Assembly (NCBI GenBank): GCA_001655205.1 | Contig: LPNZ01008925.1 | Span: 1 to 64,000, forward strand | Source of the DNA: Lenisia limosa | Taxonomy: Eukaryota; Protista; Breviatea | Direction of reading: 5' to 3' | Length of the DNA stretch: 64,000 bases | Part shown: positions 30,401 to 42,300 of the stretch, piece after piece | Layout: each line of letters starts with the position of its first letter | Position numbering within the stretch: the stretch's first letter is position 1 | Position numbers and translations under genes: made by a program | Notes under the pieces: generated by a model | Databases searched by the model: none | Told to the model about the DNA's origin: nothing | What the model saw: the letters and a program-made list of their open reading frames with translations, nothing else

Positions 30401-32932
30401 CATGGATGAAGCTGAAATTAATCGTCGTCGATCTGCAGCTAATGAGAGGGGGAAAGCACGTACAACTATGTTGCAGATAAAACAAAAAAGATCCAAAGAA
30501 GAAGCTGATAAAGCCCTTCAGGATGCACGTGCGAAAGTTGAGCGTGATCACAAGGCGCGAAAGCTGCAGCAAGAACAAGAGAGAACGAGAAAGTTAGCAA
30601 TCCAAGCAACTCGAGAGGTGAGACTTGCTTCCGTTCACATTTCAGGCTTTGGAGGATGACTTGGCCGAAATCGCTCTGAATGAAAGGCAAACTACCAAGG
30701 AAATGGCTAAGGTTTGGTTTATTGAATTTTCCTGTGCAATGTTGTTATTACTTTTTAAACCACAAAGGTGTTCATATCAACCCTCTTGAAACCGGCAAGG
30801 AGACGAATTGCTTTATCCGCCCGAGTAAAAATGCTCTTTCAAAACACAGTTAAAACAAAGGTAATTATCGTATTCTCGTTTGATTTTCAAGGTGATACGA
30901 AGCTGGTTCATTACTGCTCAAACTATGCGAGAATATCGGTAAGTGATTTGGTGGCAAGAGGAAATAACAACCTAGTGAGGAAGCGCAAAAAAAAGAATTG
31001 GAAAAGAGAGAGAAGGATAACTGGAAGAAGGTAATATATATCTGTCTCTGTTTTATCGTCGACAGGCTTGTGATTTGCATTTTATTCGACTTGGGCAGAG
31101 AGTTCTGAGGAAATGGCGCGTTGTGACAATTCAAATGATTGTTGGCTGACATTTGGGAATTCATTCTCTAGAAAGCAAGGAAGGATGCGGAAGAAGCCCA
31201 GGAGGCACAAGATAGGAAAGCAGCTTTCTTGGCAGGGGTAGGTCATAGCCTGATGATGACTCTTTAGGTTCAGGCAATTCGAAAAAATGCTGCAATTGCT
31301 GAGTCGTCTCGCGTGCAAAGAGAAGAAGAGGACAAGATCAAAGAAGACAGGTCCGTGCTAATATTGACGATCTTTGCTTATTGAGCCAGACTTGTTGAAG
31401 ATATTCGACAGCGTTTACTACCTGACTTCGAGCCTCCACAACAGACGCAAGCTCCCAGCCCTGTAAAGTCGAAGTCTCTTCGCCCTGTCAGTTTAATCCG
31501 ATTATCCCCGTGATAGTCAAGTAGATTTGCTTATACAAGAACTCACCATTTAGACCCCTCGATCTCAGGCCGGGCCAGGCACAGCCCCAAGTCAGCAGCA
31601 CCCGAGTTTCACATTTACATCTCCACTTAGAAGATCCAAAGAATGTTCGTCATCCCTTTCAACTTACGCAATAGTTCAAAAGGACCTGAACCAAGGAGAA
31701 TCGATTGTTGACCATCTGTCTCCAATTCAGCACACACCGCCAAAGGTCATCAGGCGACAGCAGAGGTAAGGTGTGGCGTTTTTGTGACGCTCCAGGAGAG
31801 TTCCCGAAAAACCATTAGCCGTCACAAGAAGACCAGCCGAGAGGAAGTTATCTCGCGATGAATTGAAACCCCAAGAAGTCCTTGACCGAGAGGTAGGGAG
31901 GCTTTTTGCACTAAAACCCAGGCAAAAGCACGCGAGAGAAGAGTACGTCAGAAGGCAGTGGAGTCAGCCGCCGCTGACAGGCGCCGGGTTTGTTGAAGAC
32001 TTCTATCCAGTTCTCACTACCCAGATTCTGAGAGCGGAGAAACTCCAAGAACTGAAAAAAAAAGAGGAAGACGAGCTCAAGAAGATTTCATTAGAGCGGG
32101 CTGCAGCACAGGATAGAAGAAAACGTCAACGAATTGTGGGTCACACTTTTATGTAACATTATAGAAAGCCCAGGAGAGAGAGGAACGACTGAGAGAAGCC
32201 ATTCAACGAATGGAAGATGCAGGTGAAGATCATTTACGACTGACGGTCAAGCATTATGGTAAGACATGCTCTACTGGTTTGACGTATTTCTAGGATTCCT
32301 ACCTTGGAGAAGGCTAGTGGAACTGGCCCGCACAAATGAAAATGTGGCTATTGCTCATTACCAACAAATTCTCAAGTCCAAAGTAAGCCAAATGCAAACC
32401 CTCATACGTTAGTCCCTATTGTCCCTTCATCTGCACTGCAACGATCAAAACGACCAAAGAATGAGCAAAGCCTCGGATATTCATAAGGTCTTCCTTCTAC
32501 GGAAATCTCTAAACAGTCTCCGCAAGGTTGGTGAGTTCTCCTTCTTCACCCGTCAGGCAGTGATAGCGGAGCGATGTAACAACGAGTGTGCTGAGAAGCA
32601 CCACCAGGCGTCCCTCCAACGCAAGGTGCTTACTGCTTGGTTGCGAAGTGCCTTGGTTGGTGCTGGTCAGAGAGAGGTCAGAGTCATTGCCATGTTGGCT
32701 TCTGCCGCCGAGAACCATGATAAGTGAGGAGGTAATATGTGAATGATATTCTGGGGACTAGTTTGGCATCTTATACCACAGACAACTGCTGAGGAAGGCG
32801 CTTGCGTCTCTGAAGGGCAACGCCCGGGCTTCCAGAGCAATACCGCCTTCAACTTCTGGGTTCCAATCCCGAATGTCAAATTGGCTCACAGACTTCAGGA
32901 AGGAACACCCGACCCCAAATATGAATTTCTAA
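27456..32932 (+). CDS. Large Ser/Pro-rich coiled-coil protein with C-terminal Sfi1/CCDC191-like repeats (probably centriolar or ciliary)
   Basis: In-phase exon chain from at least MDPQNDIEAFLK (27814). C-terminal repeats FLPWRRLVELAR..AIAHYQQIL, HKVFLLRKSLNSL, AEKHHQASLQRKVLTAWLR and RMSNWLTDFR. True start (27456-27814) is uncertain. Confidence 0.6.
29997..30023 (+). repeat. Short copy of the dispersed AGCGTGATGG..GAC.GCTTC motif in a ~320-nt intron
   Basis: agcgtgatggtgtggacggcttcagcc versus agcgtgatggcatagacagcttcggct at about 24083; host intron is 29801-30124. Confidence 0.45.
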
Positions 32933-33133
32933 ATGGATTCAAATAATAGACCTATTATCAACCTTAGCCATGTCATCACTATAGTAAGAAGGTATGATTA
33001 TATNNNNNNNNNNNNNNNNNNNNNNNNNNNNNNNNNNNNNNNNNNNNNNNNNNNNNNNNNNNNNNNNNNNNNNNNNNNNNNNNNNNNNNNNNNNNNNNNN
33101 NNNNNNNNNNNNNNNNNNNNNNNNNNNTAAATT

Positions 33134-33998
33134 TTAAAGGTCTCTAGCAGAAATTCTAGCAATGACAGAAAGCTCAATTCTTTCATCACCACGTTTCTTC
33201 TCCTCTTCAGTCAGCTTATACACCTTGAAGGATGAGTCAAGAGTTCGCCAGGTCAATAATTACCTTAGCAACACTCATCTTATTGTCTTGTTCTGAAAGT
33301 GCAGCAAGGGGCTGGATATCACCCTTAATAGGAACAGTCTTCATAGCCTTGGATGTAAGGCCCACATCACCAATATAGACAGAAGATAACTCTGCTCAAA
33401 CCTCCTCATCAGTTTTGTTGAAGATCACAACAACAACAGAAGTGTCAGTCTCAGATGAACCAAATTTGCGCAGGTTTCCAGCGATCTGAAATGATAAACC
33501 TCTCATTGGCCTACCTGCGCAGTGGCTGACAAGCAGTGAATGAGCTCAGTGTTGATATTATGGGTAAGAAGACAACCATTCATCAAGTTGGCGTAGGCCT
33601 TCGTTGCTATAAAATAAAGTCAAAAAGACATTCATTTGTTGCGTAACAGGCAAAATGTATGTGAGGGAGGAATAATATTAATCTAATTCTCTCCGACAAG
33701 AAATATATTACCAATTTGAAACATATCCCAAGCCAACCAGCGACAAGTACATGATATTGAGACAAGATCTAGAACAATAAAACCGGTGAAATAAAATGCT
33801 CACCAGCTCAGGCTTGACTAAAGCAGCATTGATCTCATTTTTCATCAGTTTTTGCTTAATAACAGCCATATTGGTCTGTAAACGGTGAAATGAGCGAAGA
33901 AAGGAACTAAGAACCATCAGATAACGACTCACAATATTCTTGTAGTAGGCCAATGCGACCTTATGTCCTGGATAAGGGTCAATAGGAGAAAATTCCAT
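33134..33998 (-). CDS. TPRKB: KEOPS complex subunit Cgi121/TPRKB
   Basis: MEFSPIDPYPGHKVALAYYKN..IKQKLMKNEINAALVKPEL..ATKAYANL..THNINTELI..AGNLRKFGSSETDTSVVVVIF..IELSVIARISARDL* matches the Cgi121 pattern along its length. Confidence 0.85.
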
Positions 33999-34865
33999 CT
34001 TTGTATATGCGTTAGTCAAATCAAAAAGCAAAAAGGCTGCCAAAAACTGCAAAAACCTAGGAGGTGTATAGTATATAAATATGGAGGATACTGGTCCGGC
34101 TTTTTGGGCAACGTCATCGAATAGGAATTTTTCCACACTTCTTCATTCTCACAGCTTTTGCAGGGATAATTATTACTTCAATTGCTCGAATAATAGTTAT
34201 TTGACATTATCAGAGTAGAAATATTATTGTCAAAAGTAAATGTCGATGTAGCACCACCTCTCCATTGATATTAACACAAAGAACCTTCATAAAGTGTGCC
34301 TAAACAAAAGCAATGGAATTAATTAACTAAATTATACGGTATCATACAGCTATTTATCATTAGAATGATCGACGGTTATGTCATAACTGTGTTTGCGTAT
34401 TAGGTATTTTCACTTCAAATTTTGGATAGAACTAAGCCAAAGAAATACAAAAGCATTGATTGAATGACCTACATACTTAATAAAAGGAGAAAAACATCAA
34501 TTAGACTATAAGACTTGAAATGGCTTTTTACTTAAATGGTAAGGCTCGGCAACAAGGCAAGGTGTGTATTCAAACCTAAACCAGTATCTCCCATTCTATA
34601 CACCGCGTCCTGTCCAGGTCCAGACCTCAAGACGGATATCACCCAATACATTCTACATCCCCATGAATCTTTTTTAAAAAAAGTCAAAAGGGGAAATTCG
34701 CAATCTGATCCCTTTTTTAAGAACCTTGATGTAAAATCGATGTAAAATACAATATTACGTAAGGAAATAATTAAAAACTATCAAGGGTGTCCCAAGTTTT
34801 CTTTGTTTAAGCTAATTATTGACCCCTTCTTCGCCTTTCCTATTTGTTTTTGATTGATCTTAATA

Positions 34866-36190
34866 ATGGGTCTTGTTCTTGATCCAGAATGGTGGCCGAA
34901 TGACCCCCCACCCGCACCTGAGCCATCGGTTGTCCATGTTATTGACAAGTTTGTTGAGTTTGTAGCAAAGAATGGAGTTGGCTTCGAAAATATGACAAAA
35001 GAGGTTTGAAAGGGACAAGGAGAAAAGATTCTTGATACCGATCTTCTGACCCTTTAGCGCCAACGATCCAACCCGGCTTTCCGTTTCCTGTTCGAGGATT
35101 ATTCCACAGAAGGCCAGGTANNNNNNNNNNNNNNNNNNNNNNNNNNNNNNNNNNNNNNNNNNNNNNNNNNNNNNNNNNNNNNNNNNNNNNNNNNNNNNNN
35201 NNNNNNNNCCGATACCGTAAGGCTTTTGCAATTGGCAAAGTTGGACACCCCCCCTCACATGCCTTTATCCCCGCTACCGGCGCGCCTTCTGCCGCAACGG
35301 TGAGACCCTCAATTTTATTCTGTATCTTTCTTCTTCAAGCTCCTGAACATAAATGCTTTGTGTATAATACTGTCGCTCTAATCTCATATTCTCATTGTAA
35401 TTTTGGTGTAGACTCTACCGCCACCACCAGGAATGCATCCTGTCCCTCTCCAAGGTCTGAGGGGTTTGACTGAATATCTGTCTCTCTGGGTCCTTTTCAA
35501 TTTGTTCAAGGTAACCGTTTCAGCACCCATGCCACCACCTCCAACTATCCCCGCCGCTTTCAGTACAAATCCAATGGTAGGGATTCTTTTCTATTGAACG
35601 AATAACATATCATAGAATCACCCTCCTCCACCCCCTCAATATGGTGCCCAGCCAGTCCTTCTCGCACCGCCTCCTCCCCCTGTCATTTTGAGGTTTGTGG
35701 TCTCTTTCACATTACATGATTGTTCTACATGCTTTGAAACATGACACCTCAGAGAAAATCCATACAATATTCTTGAGAGACACCATCTGGAGTACAGAAT
35801 GTCAAAGGGCATGGATCCGAATGAAGCAAAAGTTGGCACGGATAGCAAGGATTGGGTAAATGTTACTCTCATCAGGTATTCACCTTGGAAACATTTTCTT
35901 TTCTCATTTTGCTTTTTTAGTACATACATGTACATCAATCCTTATGTGTCTATTTCCCCTTGATTTTTATACTATACCATTGAATCATTTTGATAGATTC
36001 TGTCTGATGCACGCGTTTTTTTAATATTGTCTACTCAAGTGTTGCGTGGCCTCGTTGTGGGATGAGTTATTCTTTAGGAGTCTGGAGAAGAAGAGGAAGA
36101 AGAGGAAGAAGCGTTACGGCGATTCCTTCTCAAGAAGTCAAAACAAAGGGCGCATTTCTGTTTGAGGGTTTTGATACTATTAGTTTTCAA
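34866..36190 (+). CDS. SURP/SWAP-domain, Pro-rich putative splicing factor (interrupted by an N-gap)
   Basis: VIDKFVEFVAKNGVGFENMTKE-RQRSNPAFRFLFEDYS is a SURP motif, followed by Pro-rich exons and a basic or acidic tail. Confidence 0.75.
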
Positions 36191-36332
36191 ATGATTCTGA
36201 CAATTTCAGCTGAGAAAAGGAAAAAGTAAATCTGGTGCTGGGTTAATAGATATTTCTGAAACTCAATGGAGTTTGCAGTTTGTGTTAAGTACCTATATAT
36301 TTAAATGGTCCAAACAAAAGATCCTGATATAT

Positions 36333-39300
36333 TTAAAGTGTTTCCACAGCCGCGTATTCATTTCCGACCATTGCTCCCTCCGCCTTCTTCTTTTTGAAGA
36401 CAAACGCCGCAGCTCCAGCAGCTCCTGAGGCATTAACAGAGCACTGGGCCTACCTCCCACAGCTGCGACTCCAACCAGTGAAATAACAAGCCAATTGGTA
36501 CCGGACTCCCCAGGCGCAATATAGCCATAATACGGAAGATGTTCGCAGGACTAAATAATGATGGGTTCATGGGTGACGGTCTTACAGGGAACTCCAAGCC
36601 ATTGACACACACGGTGCATGATGCGCCGGTGAAACCCTCTTTGCAGGTACACTATGGAGTGAATAAAAAACATGGAACCCACCCTTCCCTGGGCATCACA
36701 TGTTTGAGATTCCGAAGTGTCGGCATTACATTGGCACTCTACAATGTAAGAAGGGGCAAATCTTACCATGGCATGAAGGGAAGTTGAAGTGTTCCTTCGC
36801 ACACTCATTGCATTTAGCTCCTAAACAGTAAGTCTGAACCATTTTGGACAATACGCACCTGTGAAGCCCTTATTGCACTCACATGGAGCTGAGGATTTTG
36901 ACGCCCCCAGGGGATGACAGAGAACTGAACAATAATGAGGAGGAGGCCAAACCGTTACACGATATTTTGTCGTCCGCCAATGTTGATACGGAGTCACACT
37001 TGTCGCAGGTCACCCCCGTGGCATGATTCTTACAAGTGCAGATGCCATTGGAGGCCACAGCCTCAGTCAGGCTCAAGTTACAATCCGAGTGATCTGGCGT
37101 TGTGAGTAAACACGGCAGCAAACCGTTAGTGATGCAGCTTGGTGGACTAGTGTTACCCGGGTTATAGTAGCCCTTCGAACACAGAACACAGTTTGGTGCC
37201 GCAAAGCCCTCAAGACATGTCAATGCACCTTCAGCATCCATTGACGAGATACCAATAGTGTTTGAGCTAGGGAGGGGGGTAAAATTGGAAAATTTATGAA
37301 ACAAAAAGCCCAAATCAACTCTGCTGGCTGACAACACATGAGGGTTTATAACAACATAACAAACAAAGCCCAGGCCCGTCGCTTCTGCAGCACCGCATCC
37401 CATCGGGTTAACGAACGAAAGTTAAGATGCTTAATTTTGAAGACAAAAAAAAAGGGGGGTGGTGTGTACCCTATANNNNNNNNNNNNNNNNNNNNNNNNN
37501 NNNNNNNNNNNNNNNNNNNNNNNNNNNNNNNNNNNNNNNNNNNNNNNNNNNNNNNNNNNNNNNNNNNNTAAAGGTAATATTATTCACGATCGAAATGCTC
37601 CAAACAATCTAAAAAAAAAACACACACAAACAACAGACCACTAGCAATATCAATATGACAAAACAGAAACATAAACAAAGAACCCAAGCCAAAAGAGTCA
37701 CCACCGCTTGATCACCCAAACGGGAGTTAAAAAAAGTAAAGGAGAATGTTAAAAAGTCAAATGAAAATGGATGACACAAATAAAAATAATTATAAAATCA
37801 AATGATAATAATATGATAAGCCCAGTATGGAGCTGTTATCCGACTTGACGGCATCAAAACTGCGTACTCTCTATAAATGCAGGAGAGTCCACCATTTTTG
37901 TGAAGAACAGAAATATAATCGTTAGTGCATTCAAAACACCCAGTGTTATCTTGAGAGTCAAACAAAACGGCAGGTTACAAACCCTTAAAGCCACTGCGAC
38001 AAGAGTCTTTGGATGATAAACCGTACTCATTGACCTCTAAGGTGGTCATTCAGCAAGACTTGGCTTAGCCTACTTTGGCAATCGGTTCCATTCATCCAAA
38101 ATCCATATTCACATGAACCACAATCCTGTCCAGAATAGCGCTACAAGTAAGTCCTCCACGTGGCGCCACTGTACCTCTTTACAGAGACACAGTTTGGTGT
38201 CATTGTTGTATGAAATAGTACCAGAAGGGAAACAAGTAGCTGGGGAGTGAGAAATGAACCTTGGCTATAAAAGGCATACGTGCGGTGAGTTCACCAGAGT
38301 CACACTCCGTGCCAAATGCTCCATCCTTGCATTTACACATTGATTCATCTGACATTAGTCTAAAGAAATCAGCTGAACAGCCAAAACGTACATATTGCAA
38401 ATTGGCTGGCCGTCAACAGTGACTGTCATTGTTGTGTTGCAACTACAAACATCTGAAGAGGTTACCAAGATACTAACTCACGATCGCATAATGTGCCGTA
38501 TCTGCCGGGAACACAGTCAAGACACAAAGGACCCCTGCTGTTTTCTTTACAAGTCACCTGAAAAAATTATCATTTTCTGGTATGTTATTTAATACCTCTG
38601 AAAGATCACTTCCAACGGATTTGATGCCTAGGTTGGAGTCCATGAATCTGTCCTTTTCTAAAAAGTCAACAAAGAGAGTCACATACCAAGGATATCCGGG
38701 TAGTTGAACCAGGTGTCGGAAGCCTGGCTGCATGTTTTCCCGTCAAAGCCTCCACGACATTCACATTGCTAAGGAAATCAGCTCAAAATCATGAACATAC
38801 ACCAGTTTCATCAACGTCATCACCACCAAAAGCATCACATTGCTTGAACTTTGGTTTTTTATCTTCATCTAAAGAGCAAGTTAGCCAAAATACTACTCTC
38901 ACTGAAGTAATATCCGAAACTTGGTTGGCATTGGGGCCCAACAAAACCCTTGGGACATGACGTAAGACATTCGTCTTCCGAGCAAAGCATTGTGTTACAA
39001 CGGGAACATGTTTGAGATTTGGACTTGTATTTGAGTTTGGCCTCGAGGGAAGTGGTGGTTCCCGCGGGGATCACCCAGCTCACAAAGAACTCACGACCTG
39101 ATATGTAAGAAATATCAAGCAAATTAGGCACACACAGGCTTTGTCATCGTCAATTCCGGTATAACCTCCGGTTTGTCCATCAGCTAAGAGCACGTGGGCT
39201 CCTACAGGGTCAACTCAGAGATAATGAATCTTCGAGACAAGGTGAAAGGCACTCTCAAATGCTCACCAGTATTAGGGTTAATGGCGTAAATATTGACGAC

Positions 39301-42300
39301 ACAATTATCACACATGTCAGTAAGCTCTAAGGCATACTCTGTAAACACACTATCCTTTCTAAAAACGTGAGAGAATGTGACAAGGTAGACTTTGAAAAGA
39401 CTACAGATACCGTTGCATACGTGTGCTCAATTGTAATTCCGCAGGAGGTTTTCTTTTCAAACTTGGCCGCAGATCCAGTCTGAAAGTTAGATCACCAGGT
39501 GCGAACGTTATAGTAGGGCTTGACTGATATTGAGCCTTCTTTGTAGTTTGAAACAGAAGTGCCATCAAACACAGTTAATGTCATTCGTTCGGTGTCACAG
39601 ATCTAGATCATTAATGTGTGAATGTAGAGAGACATACCTCTCGACAGTAAGGCATTACTCCTCCGTAACAGCTTGAACACTCTTCTGACCTAAGCAGTAA
39701 CTATAACCCAGTCTATGTACTGACTCATAAGAGTTGCCATTGACGCATTTCGTTTTGTGTTCACAGGCATCACCGAAGTAGCCCTTTGCACATTGGCTAC
39801 AATAGCTGCCTTCGGCGTGCTCAAGACACTTACACTAAATAGTCACCCCAATATTAGAAGGTTTCTCACACAGTATGGACAAAGACATTGAAGGAAAAGC
39901 TAATAAACCCGTCAACATCAAGGGGTTGTTAATGAATAATGCCAAATAATTTCATAATATTGGGCACATGATTTCCTTTTTCGCAGTTCAGCTCAAAAAA
40001 AAAAACAGAAACATTTGCCCCGTTCCAAGCATACAGGATATTCAGGATTCTCAGATCTGAGGTAGTGACAATCCGCGTCTTCCGGCCACATGTTCGTAAA
40101 CTCATAGTCGAATGTGACCGTTCCTTTTATGTAAGCCAAAACAAGTCACAGCATGACTGACCTGTTGCACCCGCAGGGATTTCTAAACCCACATCGGATC
40201 CATTAATCTCAACCATGTCTGTTTCAGAAAACCCGCCATCATGCTATGAAAATTAGCAGTTAATTTTACTTTGGGTATCTTACGAAGATACGAATGTGAC
40301 CAGAGCCAAGACTGTCTTGATGCACCTTGAGATTCATAATCTGAAAAAAAAATGAGAATAAAAACAGCCATCAACACAAGAGTAGTGCGACAATTCGACC
40401 ACAAACCTTACCACCCTTTTGCCCAGCATAATCAGACATAAAGCTGAGCCTTTGCAAATAGTGATAGTCCTCAACCTCAAGTTCAACAGAACCTTCGCTC
40501 CCCTCGAGATACACAATAGAGAAGCTGGAGGTGAAGGTAATCAGATGCCCTACTTTTTAGGACTTGATGAGTCACATTCTGGTCCGTAGTATCCCTTGAA
40601 CATTAGTACAAAAGGGCCCTCCCGATGAAAGAGTATCCAGAACTACATACTGCTTCGCAAGCGCAAATTGAAGGGGCTGGTATTTCACCCGTTCTGATAC
40701 AGGAGCCGTGGGAACAATCGCTTTGAGTTGTACAGAATTTATAGGGGAAGCAGATGAAAAAGTTCATGAATCCTAGTAAGTTAGTTCACAATTGCATTCG
40801 AATAGCTCACCAAATCGGTCCATCCCTTCTGGACACACGCATGTGCAATCCTCATCAAACACTCCGTTGGAACACATGGTCTCCCCGCAGTCTTGTTGCT
40901 CTGAAAATGTCAAACACGCTGAGCAAAACCACATTACTGCCCAACCACCCACCACAATCATAGCCGAAGAAGCCATTGTCACATTCCTCAGGCTTGTCGC
41001 CATCTCTTTCGGTTTGCTCAAGGAATGCTCCCACAATAACAACTGAAAACTCCGTTGCTTCAGATTCTACGTATGAGCAAAGTGTCAAAATCCAACTACT
41101 TTGGAAGCTCGAAGAGTAGGCCGTTACATCAAGAATGTCCCCTTCTTCAAGAGTTGTCTCCACTATGACTGCAATATTGAACTACACAATTAACCATCGC
41201 TTGGACCTACCCCATTTGTTCCACCAACGGCAGATGGATTGCTCACTTCAATTCGATCACCATCCAGTTTAACCACAAGGTCAATGTCATTGTTATTAAC
41301 TCCTTCAACAAACTAAACAAAAATTACAACGAAAAACCCCAACCATTCCTTCATGCTGAACAATAGGATCGACCCATGATAGTGCAATTCTCACTCGTGT
41401 ATCTTGAGTTGCCTAGACAGTGAGGCAACAACCTGCTAGCCTACCTTGACAGATGTGACGTATTGGTTGGAGACACTGGCAATTTTGTCAACAAAATAGA
41501 AGGCAGATGGGCCATTCCGACGGATAGCTGAATATATAACAAATCCGTATGACTCTTACCTTCTGTTGGAATAGACCGAGCCAAATTTAGCCCTCCAGCA
41601 CCCTTTAAAGGAGTAAAAAAGGAAAATTAATGACAAAAATTACCAAAATTCAACTCTTTTAGCTAAACATTTTTAAAAACATTATATTTTTTATAGAATG
41701 AACAGGGTAACACACTTGGCGACAAACACAAACCTGTTCAGTTGTGAAAGGCTCGCGAAGGAGGGGATAACTCAAGTTGGCCTTAGTGTCGGTAAACTAA
41801 ATTCCGGTTAACCAAATCAACGCAATTTGGAGGCAAACTTTGAAGCCTTCCAGAGTGGTTGCTCCAGCCATGAGTGTTGAACGTACCAAATGTGATGGAA
41901 TATACTGCAATTAAATGAATGCACTCAATTATGGTGATCCCCAGTTTCAATAGAAACAAGAAGGAATAACTAACTTTCATTGCATGAGAAGGGTCAGGAG
42001 AACCAGTTACATGGGCTCCTGAAAGGTGAACATTGACATCCTTGACAGGACTAACCCAATGAGAAGAACTCTCTAATCAGAGCCACAGAGCCGGCAACGA
42101 TGGACGCAGCAACTGACGTTCCCGAAACTGACTGGAACGAAGACTGAACAATAAGCACGGCCATGGAACTTACATGGTCACTATTGACAAAACAGTGGTT
42201 TTGATTGGACTCTCTTGGAAGACCAATTGGACGAGCTGAGAACACCATGTCAGAGGGCGCAACAATATCAGGCTGAAAATGTCATTACATCTAGTATATA

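Noticed and set aside
34783-35255. Mariner-like inverted pair gggtgtcccaagttt / aaagttggacaccc
   Set aside because: The match is short and imperfect, has no TA duplication, and the second arm lies in SURP coding sequence.
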